Assembly: GCF_009914755.1 (NCBI RefSeq)
Contig: NC_060932.1
Length of the DNA stretch: 64,000 nt
Direction: 5' to 3' (one strand)
Source: the human T2T-CHM13v2.0 reference genome, Homo sapiens
The notes below the pieces were generated by a model. It ran no database searches, was not told where the DNA came from, and was given only the letters and a program-made list of their open reading frames with translations. Made by a program: the position numbers and the translations under genes. This document shows positions 21,691-41,472 of this stretch, in pieces; within the stretch, counting starts at the first letter, position 1; each line of letters begins with the position of its first letter.

Positions 21691-22419
21691 TAAGGTGATC
21701 TTTCTGAGATGCCATCTGCTTCAAATCTTGAAAAGCATTGCCAAGCCTAAGTAATCAGAGAGTGACCTTGGGACCACGTCTCAACAATCAACTGGGGTGC
21801 TTGTTATCACTCTAGGTCCTTGGCCTCTCCAGATCCACTGCAGTTCTCTAGTCCTGGGGAACTGAATTTTAAAAGGTCCCCTGTGACTTTTATGTATATT
21901 AAATTTTAATTTATTCATTTCTAAAATAATTATAATATCTACTTCCCCAGGGTTCATGTATGACTTGTTTTTATTTTTCATTTAGATGAAAAACAGTGAC
22001 ACCAATGCTATGATTCCTGTCCGGGACTCCTCCTTCCTCTGGGCCTCTAACGTTTAGATGCTTAACACTGTACGGTGGTACATTCATTCATTCGCTTAAT
22101 AAATGCTGGCTGAGCCTTATTACTGCTGAACAAACGGTACGATGGGAGCTGGGGGAGAGTGCTGAATAAAGAAAGTTCCCATCTTTGTGATGCTTACACT
22201 TTAGTGGAAGAGACAGGAAAACAAGTGAGACATTGTCATACAGTGAGAAACATTAGAAGAAAAATGAAGCAGGATAAAGGCAGTTAAGTCACAGTTGTTG
22301 CCCTTAAGGAACTTACGTTTTATTAGAGAAAGAGAGTGAGAGTGAGCATGTGTGAGAGTGCAGGGGGTTGGGGGAGAGAACGCAGTAGTGCACATCATAA
22401 TAAAATAAGTTAATTCAAG

Positions 22420-22572
22420 CTTCACGCTTGGCGCTCAGTAAGGTTCTCTGGCACCTTGTGGGTAGAGGCCAGGGATGTTGCTAAGAACTCCTACTATTCA
22501 TAGGACAGCCTCCTACAACAAAGAATTACCCAGCCCCAGAGGTCAACAATGCCCAGGCTGAGAAACCCTGGT
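22420..22572. mobile_element. MER20 hAT-Charlie fragment
   Basis: gtagaggccagggatgttgctaag...caacaaagaattacccagcccc...gagaaaccctg. Confidence 0.8.
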
Positions 22573-23330
22573 GTAGGGAATGTGTCGTCCTTGAGATGAC
22601 ACAAAAATAATCTTTAAAGACAAAAAGGTGTTCCTCAGGCAGATTCCCTGAGCATTCCAGGCAGACACAGCAGCATGAGAAAAGGCATGAGTTAAAAAAC
22701 ACTCATTTACAAAAAGAAAAAAATAAACTCATAAAAGAGAAAAAAGAAACTTTCATTTAATCAGTCAACACTGACAGCTTTCCATATGCTCGGCATGGTG
22801 GACTGAATGGGGAATAGGAAAGACATGGTCCATGGTCTCTGCACTCATGGGGTGCTCAGTCTAAGTAAGGAAAACAAGCAAAGAGAAAAATACAATACCA
22901 TCTCACAGGCATTAAGAAAGGTACTTGTTCCAGCCTGGCCAACATGATGAAACTCTACCAAAAATACAAAAATTAGCTGGGCGTGGTGGTGCGTGACTGT
23001 AGTCCCAGCTACTTGGGAGGCTGAGGTGGGAGGACAGATTGAGCCCAGGAGGTCAAGGCTGGAGTGAGCCGTGATTGTGCCACTGCACTTTACCCTGGGT
23101 GACAGTGTGAGACCCTGTTTCCGGAAAAAAAAAAAAAAAAAAAAAAAAAAAAGGAAAGGTACTTGAGTGGGAAAGTGCCTCGATGCCATCATGGCCTCCA
23201 AGTTTAGCACCAGGCAAACTATCTCAGAGGTTACCCAACAGACAGGTTTAGGACCAAATGAAGATGCTCCAATTACATGGTTATTAAGTTAAAAACAAAA
23301 ACAAACAAAAAAAAAAACACCACATAGTGA

Positions 23331-23788
<458 letters not shown>

Positions 23789-24386
23789 TAATATATTGTA
23801 GGAATTCTGGGTACTTGATCCTCCTCCCTTTAGGGTTTACTGTTTTTTTTTTTTTTTTTTTTTTTTTTGCCACAGGGTCTTGCTAAGCCCAGGCTAGTCT
23901 CAAACTCCTAGACTTAAGCGATCTCCCTGCCTCAACCTGCCGAGAAGCTGAGATTATAGTCACTGTGCCTGGCTGGAATATAGCCTTTTGACTCCATGTC
24001 ATTACCCGCACTCTTCGCTCTTCCTGGAATGTATTTCCTGAGCCTGTCTGCCCTAAAAATTCCAATTTCTCCTTTAAGCTTTGGCTCAAATGCTATCTAT
24101 ACTCTGCTGCCTCCCCCAAGTCCCCCTAGTGACACACAGGGTCCTCTTCTGCTCTTCCTTATGTTCTTCTTTGTCAGAGCAACATCACAGCAGTACCACA
24201 ACATTTGGTAGCAAACCCTTTGTCCAAATGCAGTCATACGTGGGACTGAAATACAAGAACTCTAGTTTGGAGAATTTATAACATCTACTTTTAAAAACAC
24301 AAATCAATTCTGTCTGGTAAAAGAGGCTATCTAGACAAAAAATAGGTTTAAAATGTAGGACTAGAGAACAGTAGATATGTTCTTAG

Positions 24387-25060
<674 letters not shown>

Positions 25061-25893
25061 AAAATAACAATTTTTTTTTCCCATCTGCCTTACAATCTCA
25101 AGATTTGCTTTAATTCAGAAGGAAAGTTTTATCCTATGCTTTCGAAATTCTAAATTAGTTAAATTTAACACAAAGTTAGTGTCAGTGAATGTTTAATGAT
25201 ACAAAGCATGAGAGACCAGGTAAAGTTACTGGCTCAAAATTATGAATCCTGGCTTCTTTCAGCCATAATACGATTGAGGCAACTACAGGAAGATTGAAAT
25301 AGCTATTCTGGGTTCAAGGAGAGTGGGGAATGGGTTCTCACAGTCCTTAGTTCTGAGGCTGAGGGCATAGAACTGCTTGGCAACAGGGACCAGGAGTCTA
25401 AAAGGACCTTTGTGTCAAGTAACATACAGAGATTGCTCTGTCCCACCACTTCCTCTCTGTCCCCAAGGGACTTCTGAAGTGGTTTTCAATAAGGGTTGCC
25501 TGAAAGAAGACATTTCCCATGCATATGTCCAGACACATCCGGGAGGAGGTTCACATCAGTCATAAATGCCAGGAAGGCAAATCTTAGCTGTCTTGTTATA
25601 CAGCCTGCAGTAGCAAGATGCAATAGTTTATACGTAAGCTGACATGGAAGCAGGAGTTGTTTCTGGGTAAACAATGTGGTAATGCAAAAACCAAACAAAT
25701 GCTCATATTTCTGAGCCCATAATGACACTACTAAAATTTTAGAGAAATTTATCCCTAAAAGATAATTAAAAAAGCAAATAACCCATTATTGCAAGTTTTT
25801 TTTTTTTCCTTAGGAGACAGAGTCTTGCTCTGTGGCCCAGGGTCTCTCTAGATCTCTATTTCCTGTTCTGTTAAAATGAAGATAATAAATGGA

Positions 25894-26212
25894 CAGGTCC
25901 ACATTCCTCTATCCTCATTTCCAAAACCTAAAAAGTGCTGAAAATGTTAAGTGTGTTTTTTATGTTTGAAACAAACTAATATGGTAGTAAAACCTGAACC
26001 GATGAAGCATCTTATAATCTTCATTTAACTGTTAATGTGATTATTTGCATTCTGCTGCAGAAACACTAGTGGTTTTAACTCTGGGATGCTATTAGAGTCT
26101 TAAATAATGTATAATGTTCAGCATACTACACTAACTTTTTAGTATTTAAAAAATACTGAATTCTGAAACACACATGGCCCTTAAGGGTTTTGGATATAGG
26201 ATTCTGGATCTA
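25894..26212. mobile_element. Ancient TcMar-Tigger-like MITE
   Basis: Degenerate terminal inverted repeats caggtccacattcctctatcc / ggatataggattctggatcta. Family not determined. Confidence 0.55.
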
Positions 26213-26744
<532 letters not shown>

Positions 26745-26877
26745 TATTCCAAGTTTTAAGAAGTAGTTGTAAAACTAACTCTCCTGCTTTGAAAGATAAC
26801 ATTTTGCAATAATTTGCAATATAGTAGACTCTAACAGGGCTTAAAAAGTCAAAGAAGCCTTTCAGAAACACAATTAC

Positions 26878-27009
26878 CAGAAATCTTTCCTCTTTTTCCA
26901 GCCAGCGCTGATCTTCTTCCATTTCCTGTTGCTGTCGGATTAGACGCTCTTCCATCAGATGGGTTGGCAACACTTGCCCAATCCCTCGCAGGTCCAATAC
27001 TGTAGAGTC
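26878..27009 (-). CDS. PTK2: PTK2 coding exon (DSTVLDLRGIGQVLPTHLMEERLIRQQQEMEEDQRWLEKEERFL)
   Basis: Acceptor ttcttccAG|GAC and donor TTTCTG|gtaatt; 132 nt, phase 0-0. Overlaps ORF 26713..26997. Confidence 0.98.
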
Positions 27010-27605
27010 CTGGAAGAAGGGTTGAAAACAGCATATTCAGTCTCATAAGTCTATTCCTATGCTCTTACCTTGTTTTATGTGTCTTTCAAGAAAAGATAAG
27101 CAAAACAGCAAGTATGAGAAACAGGATCTCTCATACTGTGCTTGTGGGAATAACTTTTCTGTAGGGGGCAATTTAATGTGCATCAAGCATCTTTAAAAAG
27201 TATGCAATCCTTTAGCTCACAGATTCACTTATAAGGGTCTATTTTAAAGAAATAACACAAGATATGTGCAAAGAATACATTGTTACTTATAGTAAAAAAG
27301 TAGAAACAATCTAGAAGTAATAGAAGGCTGAAATACAATACATATTACAGAGTATTAAATATTAAATAAAAGAACATAAATAGCAGACAACTATAGATGC
27401 TCTTTCATTCAAATAAGTAATTTTTTGTCTTTTTAATGAGATGGGGTCTTGCTATGTTGCCCAGGCTGGCCTCAAACTCCTAGGCTCAAGTTATCTACCC
27501 ACCTCAGCCTCCTGAGTAGATGCAACTATGGGTTGTGTTACTGTACCTAGGTCAAATAAATTTTTAAACTATAGGAGTAGTTCTTGGTTTTACCAAGAAA
27601 ATTTA

Positions 27606-28507
<902 letters not shown>

Positions 28508-28558
28508 TTTGCCATGCTTTATAAGTTAACAAACTGAAGCCCAAGACACCCGATTTAC

Positions 28559-28696
28559 CTCCACATTGGGCTGCCACATTGCTATCTCCTGAGGTCTATG
28601 ATTCCATGAATCTGTTTGGTCCAAAAGAGATGCCTGACCTGGATAGATGCTGCCAGCCATGGCTGTGATTCCATGTGAACCAGGGTAGCCAGAAAC
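28559..28696 (-). CDS. PTK2: PTK2 coding exon (VSGYPGSHGITAMAGSIYPGQASLLDQTDSWNHRPQEIAMWQPNVE); DQTD caspase-3 site
   Basis: Acceptor attcacAG|GTT and donor GTGGAG|gtaaat; 138 nt, phase 0-0. Read manually, because the ORF track shows another frame here. Confidence 0.97.
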
Positions 28697-28788
28697 CTGT
28701 GAATGAGTAAGGAGGCAAGGTAATGTTCAACTATAACATCTGCACAGTTCTGCTTCACACACAAAGGAAACTAAAATTACAGAGAATA

Positions 28789-29405
28789 TTGTGGTAGGCA
28801 GAATTATGGCCCCCCAAAGATACCCATGTTCTAATCCCTTGAACATGTGAATATGTTTCCTTACGTGGCAAAAGAGACTTTGCAGATGTGGTTATAAGTC
28901 AAGGACCTTGGGATGGGAGGGTATCTGGGATATCTGAGTGAGTCCAGTGTAATTACAAGGGTCCTTAAAAGTGCAAGAGGGAAGCATAAGAGGAGGGAGG
29001 GACAATGGGACCACTGAAGAAGGGTCAGAGAGAGTTAGTACTGCTGGCTCTGGGCCAGGCACGGTGGCTCTAGCCTGTAATCCTAGCACTTTGGGAGGCC
29101 GAGGCAGGCGGATCACAAGGTCAGGAGTAGCCTGTAGTCCCAGCTAATTGGGAGGCTAAGGCAGGAGAATGAACCCGGGAGGCGGAGCTTGCAGTGAGCC
29201 GAGATCGGGCCATTGCACTCCAGCCTGGGTGACAGAGAGAGACTCCGTCTCAAAAAAAAAAAGAAAATAAAAACTTCTGGTTTCAGAACATGGAGTAAGG
29301 GGACCATGAGCCAAGGCATGTAGGTGCCCTGTAGAAGCTGATAAGGCAAGGAAATGGACTCTCAGCTAAAATCTCAAGAAAGGACATTTGTTATGGCTGC
29401 ATTAG
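28789..29405 (+). mobile_element. MLT1 (MLT1D-like) MaLR solo LTR interrupted by an internally deleted Alu (about 29052-29262)
   Basis: tgtggtaggcagaattatggcccccaaagat...ccttacgtggcaaaagagactttgcagatgtg. Confidence 0.82.
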
Positions 29406-32104
29406 AGAGCTAGTGCAAATATATACTAGAAAACAAGAAATTGTTTCTTTGGAATTTCACATTTACTAAAATAATGAGGGCAGGCCATCCTTGGATGCAA
29501 AAGCAACAGGAAGCCACAAAAATGTCTGTGCCATACTTTGCTCTAGAAATCCCCTTTCCTGCCCAACAACCACTATCCCCCAACAAGAATAACAACAACA
29601 AAAATACACAAAAAATCCCCCAAATGTTTGTCCTCTAATGACCTGGGAGCTGATGGTAGGATAAGTCGTACCTTTAAGTTCTAACAATGATGACTAAGGC
29701 AGAGAGAAGACATTCAGTTGGACATAGAGAAAAATTTCAAGGCAGAGGGAAAATAAGATGGGTTTCTTTACATGGTTCCTTCTCTCAATCAAGAGAAAGA
29801 GAACAGAATCAGTATTGGTTTCCACACCTCATTAGGCTAGTGTTGTATGGTGGGTGTTGTCAGTTAATTTTTTAGTGAGATAAAGCACAGCCAAAACCGT
29901 ATTTCCAAATATCAACACATCCTTCAACAAAGGTTTTGTGCATTTATTAGGTCTCTAGGCATTAATTTATACCAAAATTTCATATGGACAATATGAAATT
30001 AATGAATCTTCAAGTAAGACATATAGTTAGTTCTCACAGTTTATTTGAATGAAAATAATAATAAAAACTGCTACTAAATGCAAAATGCTCTATCAAGATT
30101 TCTGGTGAAAAGGGATGTATTATTGCCAGAAAACATTTAGGAATTTTCACAACAAGGAGGTTTAAAATGGTCTAAGGCAGTTTTCTACATAATAGTAACC
30201 ATGTAGAAGGATCACTTTAGGCTAAAAATGAAGTAACATCAGGAAATGTCTCATAGTTGGTCTCATTTACAAGAGAGGAGAATTTGGGCTTGGGAAAGGT
30301 TAATCATACATTAGTTCAATGAAAAAAATCAATGTTTTACTTAATTCTCTATTTACTCATTTTTACACACCGTTCTAAGCCCTTAGAGACAAGTCCCCAC
30401 TCTCAGGGGCTTCCACTGCACTGGTGACAGACAGCCACTAACAAACACGTACTAGAGTTTCAAATCTTGACAGTGCCGCAGACCAGGCCTGCTGGGACAC
30501 AAAGAGAACTGTCTCTCTGCTAACAGCTTGTCTCATTAAGCAGGTGCTGCATGTTTTCTCAAAACAATGCTGGTATTCAATTCCCACTCAGGGCCAGTTC
30601 ACTTTCCATACCAGCCAGGCACAGACTCGGGCTGTTCCCCTGGGGCCCATCTGCTTGTCTGCCAGAGGTCAGGGTCTCTCAGCAATCACAGAGGTGGGGT
30701 TTCTTTCTTTAGGCCACCTACGTACTTCCCATTGCTCTGACCCTTGTGCTGGGTCAGGGTTTTGGCTTCTTCACTTATGGAAATGGTAGTAATCCAAACT
30801 GACAAAGGGCCCTGTGAGCTCCTTCCATGAGAAAAAAGAGTACTTTATTTGTCTTCATATTCCCAGTCCCTAGAATAGTACCAGGCAGAGTAGATGAACA
30901 TTCAGTGCAACCTTGCTGAATGAACAGACAGGTGCCCTCGAAAACTCAAATGATTCACTCTTGACTCTGCCAGGCAAGTGGCCATCTCAGAACAGTGTCT
31001 CCCAAAACACAGGTCTGAGTCATCTGCCTCAGAACCTACTGAGGCTGCTTGTTAACAATAAGCTATTCTTGGGCTCCAGAATTAGACATTAGAATCTGGC
31101 GGCTAGATAAAGAGGCTAAAATTTGCTGTTCTAAACTACCACTGACATATCTTTTCCAATAAGAAAGTGCTTACATTCTCCCTTATTACTGACAGTTAAG
31201 TACCAATAGTTAAGATTTTTTGCCCATTTTGACCCAAGAGGCCTTAATTTAAACCACGCTTTCAACAACTCTGTGAAGGAAGTAGGAAAGGTTAAGTACT
31301 GACACCTTCAATAGGACTCTGACTTCTACAGACATTACGAGTAAAAAAAGATAAGCCCTAAAAAGCACACTCTATATGATCTATTTATATAAAATTCTAG
31401 AACAGGCAGAAACCTCTGATACTAGAAGTGAGAAGAATGGTTGCTCCTGGGGCAGGAGGTGCCTGATGGGAAGGGGCACAAAGGAACTGCCGGGGTCACA
31501 GACACGCTCTATATCCTGAAGTGAGGATGGGATGCACTGGGGTATGCACCTCTCGGAACAAAGACCTGTGCATTGTAAGGTATACCCCAGTAAAAGTTAA
31601 TAACTTTTTCTCAAAAACAAATGAATTGTTTACTTTGTGTCAAGTCCTTTTCTTTGAAGGATAATTTTTTCTAATTTGCACAGGATATCTATCTATAAAT
31701 CTAACACTTTTCACACTTGTCCATATGGTATTTCATCTGGGTTCTGTTAATTTTGAATTTTGTTCTTGCCTTCCATAAAAACTGTCCAGTTCAGTACTCC
31801 CTCTGCAGTGTGTGTGCCCACTGGCTTCACCTTGCCCTTTACCACAGCAAGTGGATGAAAACGTGCCTAAGAATGGCAGCAGGCCCTGGTCCTGCCCACT
31901 CGAAGATGGAGTGAAAAACAAACGCCTTCTGCGTGGGGTGTCAAGACAACATCATTCAATGATTAGGGTAACCACTTTCTCAGCTTTCTATCGGCCAAAT
32001 CATACTCATAAGTACATAAATAAAAATATGCACAATGTACCGCTCTACCCCAAAAGCGCTAAATAATAAAATAACACAGTTTATATCTGTAATGACTGGC
32101 ATAC

Positions 32105-32191
32105 CTGGTAATGATTGGTTTGTACCATGTGCTGTGGGCTGGGATAAAATCCTTCGCTGGACCTCGGACTGGGATAACCCGGTCTGCTGGG
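32105..32191 (-). CDS. PTK2: PTK2 coding exon (PSRPGYPSPRSSEGFYPSPQHMVQTNHYQ); S722/S732 region
   Basis: Acceptor ttttacAG|CCC and donor TACCAG|gtatgc; 87 nt, phase 0-0. Confidence 0.98.
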
Positions 32192-32289
32192 CTGTAAAAT
32201 CAAGAGAGCATCATATGAATGAACCTTTTGATTTTGACAAACCTGTACTTTATGAATCGAAAAAGACATTTTCCTAATAGAGCTTACTT

Positions 32290-33750
32290 GAAAAGAATGA
32301 TAAAAAGATGCTAAGACATTTCAATAGGGAAAGAACAGTCTTTTCAACAAATGATGCTGTGGCAACTGGATAGCTACATGTGAAAAACTGAAGTCTGACC
32401 TCTTCCTCCCACATGCACAAAAATTAACTCAAAATGAATTACAGGTACAGGTCTAAATGTAAAAGTTAAAAACTAAGATTCTTAGAAGAAAACTTAAGAG
32501 TATATCTTGGGCAGGGCATGGTAGCTCATGCCTGTAATCCCAGCACTTTGGGAGGCTGGGGTGGGCGGATCCTTTGAGGCCAGGAGTTGAAAACCAATCA
32601 GGCCAGTCTGTTGGGAATGTAAAATGGTGTAGTCACTATGGAAGACAGTATGGCTATTCCTTAAAAATTAAATAAAGAATTAGTATATGATCCAGCAATT
32701 CTACTTTCAGGTATATGTAAAGTCCAGAGACATGAAAATATATATCCACACAAAAACATGTAGATCAGCTACTCAGGAGGCTAAAGTGAGAGAGTTGCTT
32801 GAGCCGAGGAATTAGAGGCCAGCCTGGGCAACGTAGCAAGACTGTACCTTTGAAAAAAACAAATTAAGTAAACACAAACATGTACATGAATGTTCTTAAC
32901 AGCATTATTCACAATAGATAAAAAGGGGGAACAGTCCATGTCCGTCAACTGATATAACTGGATAAACAAAATGCTGTATACCTACGAAAGGGACATTATT
33001 TGTAATTAAAGGGAATAAAATACTGACACATGCTACAACATGGATGAATTTTTGAAACATTCTAAGTGAAAAAAGCCAGTCACAAAGAACATATGATTTC
33101 TTTAATGAAATATCTAGAATAGGAAAGATTAATATAGATAGCAAGTACATAAGTGGTTGCCAGGGGTTGGAAGGAGGAGGAGATGGGGAATGACTGCTAA
33201 TGGGTGAAGGATTTCATTTTGGGGGTGATAAAAATGTTATAGGCTGGGCGCTATGGCTCACGCCTATAATCCCAGCACTTTGGGAGGCCGAGGTGGATCA
33301 CACGGTGAGACCCCGTCTCTACTAAAAACAAAACAAAAGTCCTAAAACTGGTTGTGGCGATGGTTGCACAACTCTGAATATACTAAAAAAACATCGAATT
33401 GTACAATTTATTTATTTGAGTTGAGACTGCCGTATAGGCTGGAGTGCAAGGTATAATCCCGGCTCACTGCAACCACTGCCTCCCGGGTTTGAGTGATTCT
33501 CGTGCCTCAGCCTCTCAAGTAGCTGGGATTACAGGCACGCGGCACCTCACCAGGCTAATTTTTGTATTTACAGTAGAGATGGGGTTTTGCCATGTTGGCC
33601 AGGCTGGTCTTGAACTCCTGGTCTTAAGTGATCTGCCTGCCTCAGCCTCCCACAGTGCTGGGACTACAGGAGTGAACCACTGTGCCCAGCCGAACTGCAC
33701 ACTTTCAATGGATAAATTGTATGGTATGTAAATTGTATCTTAATAAAGCT
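32290..33750 (+). mobile_element. Old L1 (L1MB/MC-like) 3' portion with Alu fragments (+ about 32509-32604, 32766-32858, 33242-33335; - about 33405-33691)
   Basis: L1 ORF2 end and 3' UTR motifs (gtcttttcaacaaatgatgctg, gatccagcaattctact, catgctacaacatggatgaa). Confidence 0.82.
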
Positions 33751-35885
33751 ATTAAAGTATCATTAATAACAAAATGGGATACTGAATATTCTGAGCCTGA
33801 GGGACCCAAATGCTCTCTGTCCAGTAGTCTGGGACCTGGAGAGAAGGCACTTGTGTTCTATTGTTTGACTACTTCCCGGTTGCGTGACTGTGATCAAGTG
33901 ACGAAACTGACTGGCTTCTAGTTCCTCACCCATAAGATGGGGGTGAGCTACAGGATCTCTAAAGTCACTTCCAGGTCTTAAATTCTCATTTTGTTTGTGG
34001 GATAAATGAATTCAAAGTTCATAGTGAAAGAACAATTTAGTCTGAAACAGAAGTCTGAAAGAAGTCAATAAAGTCTTTTAAAACTTGGGGGGTTTAACAA
34101 GGTGGAAACCCATTACTGTCTAGCCAAATTAAGTACAGAATAAAAGGAAATAGATTTAAGTTCCAACAAGCTTAGGAAAGAAAACGCCTTAGTGTCTGTC
34201 TCTCTCTCCCACAGTGCTGGGTGAACACGTGCTTTGCTCTAGTTAGGTCCGGAGTATGTTTTGGTCTCTAAAATCTGTCTCATTTCCCCCTCAGTTTTGC
34301 TTATACTGTCCCCTCTGCCTGGAATGTCTCCTCCTTCCATCTGTAGTATACTTCTGATCCTTTCAGTCTTTTAGATGTTACTTCTTTCACGCAACAGCTC
34401 GTGATTTTGCCAGCCTAACATAAACATATGTCCTCTGCTCTCCTAAGGAGGCCTTTTTCACACCCTACCTTCGGTTGCAGGTACTTTTGCACTTGCTCTA
34501 GCCCTGCTATTATGAGCTGTTAAATTCCTGAGGGTGAAAAATCCTTCCTTTTGGCTTAACCCTGTCACGTTTCAAACAGTGTTCCAGAAAGAGTCTACTC
34601 TAAACTTAACTAAATAACAACATGAATTCCCCCAAAAACACCCCAAACAGGAAAAGGGTATAAAGAGAGCATTCTAGGCTTTTCTCTACTGTGTGTGCTA
34701 GGGTGGCAATTTCCAAAGTGTGTTCTACAAAGTGGTTGTGCTGAATTAAAAGAGGTTAAAAAAAAGAGTTCGGCTACCTTGGTACTTGTTTTAAAGATAT
34801 GTGTTAATATATACGCATTAATGATGGTTGCAGGGGAAAGGGTTTTCTGAATCAAATGCTCTTGGAGTCCAAGAATGGAAGGAGGCAGAGCCAGGGACCA
34901 GAACAATAAACAGAGCTGACAGTTGCACAGTGATGTACTCTTGATAAATTCAGGCAAAAAAAAAAAAAAAGTTACAATTTACTGTGTATTCTGTGTGTAC
35001 TGAACTACCTACTTTACATACAATTTGATAATTTTGATCACCACATTGCTATGAAGCAATATTATAACCCCTATTTTACAGTCTCAAATAAATTGGGCAA
35101 TTTAAATAGGGGCATATAGGTGGTAATGGTGGAACTGCATGACTCCAAAATCTACTGTGCCATGATGCTATTCTATGACAAGCATACTTCTGACTCACCA
35201 AATAAAAAGGAACATACAAAACAAATAGATCAGAGAATGGCAAAACCAATGTAAAATATCTCACAGTGATGCAAAGACTTAACTGGGTAGCAAATGATAA
35301 CACAAGGTTCCATTTCAAAATAAAAATAAAAGGTAAAAAGTTGAAAATATGTTTTATGATAGACAAAATATTTGCACAAAGGACAATACAAAATCAAATG
35401 TTGCTAACCAACAGCCATGGAGAGTGCAAATGTATTGGTAAAATAGCTCTACTTCTGTTCTCTACAAATCAGAGGTTAGCATGGTGGTCAAGAGGGCAGG
35501 CTTTGAGCCAGACTGTCAGTGTTCACAGTTAGGGTGCTTCAGCTCTCTGTGTCTCCCTATTGTCAATGATAAAAGGAGTACAATAACCAGCAGCTACCTC
35601 CTGGAGCTGCCGTGAAGATTAAATATGTTAATATATGTCAAGATCTTTGAAAATGGCTTTCATATGAGTCCAAAAGTGTCAACTGCTGGTAAGTACGATG
35701 AGTTAGCAAGGTCATGACACTTCCTCCTCCAAGACAGAAACTTGGATTTTAATGAAGCAAAATATGGAACAGGGAAGTTTTGCTGAAATTCTCCCTAATG
35801 AGGAAGGAGAGAAAGGAAGACACTGGTATTCTAAACCAGAGGTCCTCAACTGGATGGCACTGTTCCTTCAGAAGCATTTAGGGTA

Positions 35886-36805
<920 letters not shown>

Positions 36806-36927
36806 TATTAGTGAGGGTGCTTTCCATGATCACACAATTGGCATTAAGGTAGAGGTCAGCATGTGAGATTTCTGGCAATGAGAAGGACAGGCCTGAACAG
36901 CAGGATTTGTTTCATATCCCGCGGGAC

Positions 36928-37432
<505 letters not shown>

Positions 37433-38003
37433 TAAAACAACAGCAACAATAAAATCCCTGTCACTTGAACACAGAATGAATTCTGCTTTATATATTTTGT
37501 ATAGTTTGTATAGATATTTTGTATAGTTTATGAGGCACTGAACTTTCCAGAACAGCAACTACTGTGTATACTGATGGGCAATTTTATTTTGTTTCATTTA
37601 AACTTTACCAAGATTTTCTTACCATTCTAGAAAATGACATCACCAAGACCAATGAAATTCCTATCAGTTATAGCTGTGGGGGTCTGCTTTGTCACTGCTG
37701 TATTCATGGTGAGTCCACAAACAGGTGTAAGGATCTGGCTATGCCACCGTGTCTCCCAATGTCATCAGATCTGAGTGCTTTATACATGCATGCATAATGT
37801 TATAAAAAATGACTTTCCTTTTATTTCTCCTGTATAGTTAGGTCTCCAAACACTAGTATTCCTCCATTGATATTTTGAAATTGCTAAGTCATTCTATTAC
37901 CTATGTATTTTATTTCAGGATTAGCAAATGGGACATTATAAAATCATTTTTTATATAAATGCCGTGCTGGATTTGATTAGGGTTGAAGAACAATGTTCTG
38001 AGG

Positions 38004-39609
<1,606 letters not shown>

Positions 39610-39879
39610 TTCTAGGATACTTTTATCCTGAGGCACTCTATTGATCCAATGGGAATCTGCAGGAAAGCAACAGGCACAGATGAAAATGAGCATTTAATGG
39701 GACACTCCCATGCAGGGCTTGTCTCAGGGAAAGTTCTCTAAATATTATTATTATATGAAAAAATTGGTATTAAGTATGATGAAGTGATCCATACATATTC
39801 TTAATAATTGGCTTTGTGGTTATAATGCTTTTACTATTAACTAAGTAAGCTTTAAAAAAAATTAAAATTTCATTATTGA

Positions 39880-40782
39880 TTTATTTTTTTGAGACAAGGC
39901 CTTGTTCTGTTGCCCAGGCTGGAATGCAAAGGTGCAAACATGACTCTCCATGCAGCCTAGACCTCCTGGGCTCAAACGATCCTCCTGCCTCAGTCCACTG
40001 AGTAGCTAGGACCACAGGCACACGCCACTAAATTTGGCTAATTTTTAAATTTTTCTGTAAAGACAGTCTCATCCTGTTGCCCAGGCCGGTCTCCAATTCC
40101 TGGGCTCAAGTGATCCCCCTACCTCAGTCTCCCAAAGCACCGCAATTATAGGTGTGAGTCACCACACCCGGCCTGTAAGTGAACTTAATTTTGAATCTTG
40201 ATTGGGAAAGAGAAAGACTTTTCACCTATAAAACTTACAAAACTTTTCACTTATAAAACTAATTAAGCTACATTAAAATTTTTCTATATTAGTATTAATA
40301 ACACAAAATTTATCTACAGAAGCCTGAGATCCTATCTAAATTTCAGAAATCTAAGTGGCTCTGGAGGCCGAAGCAAAGGGATTGTTTAAGCCCAGCAGCT
40401 CAAGAGAGCTTGGGCAACATAGTAAGACCCCATCTTTATTTAAAAAAAAAAGAAAGAAAGGAAGGAAGGAAGAAATAAAAAAAAAAAATCTAAGTAAGAC
40501 AGCCGGGCGTGGTGGTTCACACCTGAAACCCCAGCACTTTGGGAGGCTGAGGCGGGCAGATCACCTGAGATCAGGAGTTTGAGACCAGCCTGGCCAACAT
40601 GGTGAAACCCTGTCTGTACTAAAAATACAAAAATTAGCCAGGCATGGTGGCAGGTGCCTGTAATCCCAGTTACTCAGGGGCCTGAGGCAGGACAATTGCT
40701 TGAACCCAGGAGGCAGAGGTTGCAATGAGCCAAGATTGCGCCACTGCACTCCAGCCCGGGCAATAGAGCAAGGCTCTGTCTC

Positions 40783-40813
<31 letters not shown>

Positions 40814-41454
40814 AAGTAAGACTTACTTATTCTAATATATCACAAGCAGAATTATGAAAACTCACCAGAATCTACTGAATTCTCACTTCACAAAGTATAG
40901 GAAGTGAGGAAATACTGGCCTACCATCTTGGAAATCACAGACTCATTTTAGACGTGCTAAATACTGTGACCATAGAAGCAGAATTTGATTCTAACGATGG
41001 ACACTGAGAAGGTAAAAACTGCATACAGGACTTGATTCTGATTGGCATGAAAGTTCAACAATTAACATATTAGTATTTGTTAATAATCATCAAGCATCTG
41101 TATATCTATGCTACTTTAGATGATTTTCTAGCCATTAAAACCGTTTTTTGTTTTTTTTTTTTTTTTTTTTTTTTTGAGAGAGTCTCACTTTATCGCCCAA
41201 ACTAGAGTGCAGTGGCGTGATCTCGGCTCACTGCAATCTCTGCCTCCTGAGTTCAAGCAATTATCTTGCCTCAGCCTCCTGAGTAGCTGGGATTACAGGT
41301 GCCGGCCACCATGGCTGGCTGATTTTTGTATATTAGTAGAGACGGGGTTTCACCATGTTGGCCAGGCTGGTCTCGAATTCCTGACCTCAGGTGATCTGCT
41401 CGCCTCGGCCTCCCAAAGTGCTGTGATTACAGGGGTGAGCCACCATGCCCGGCC
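39880..41454. mobile_element. Alu cluster (- about 39880-40173; + fragment 40360-40450; + 40502-40810; - 41144-41454)
   Basis: Alu consensus. Confidence 0.9.
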
Positions 41455-41472
41455 GCCATTAAAACTTTTAAT

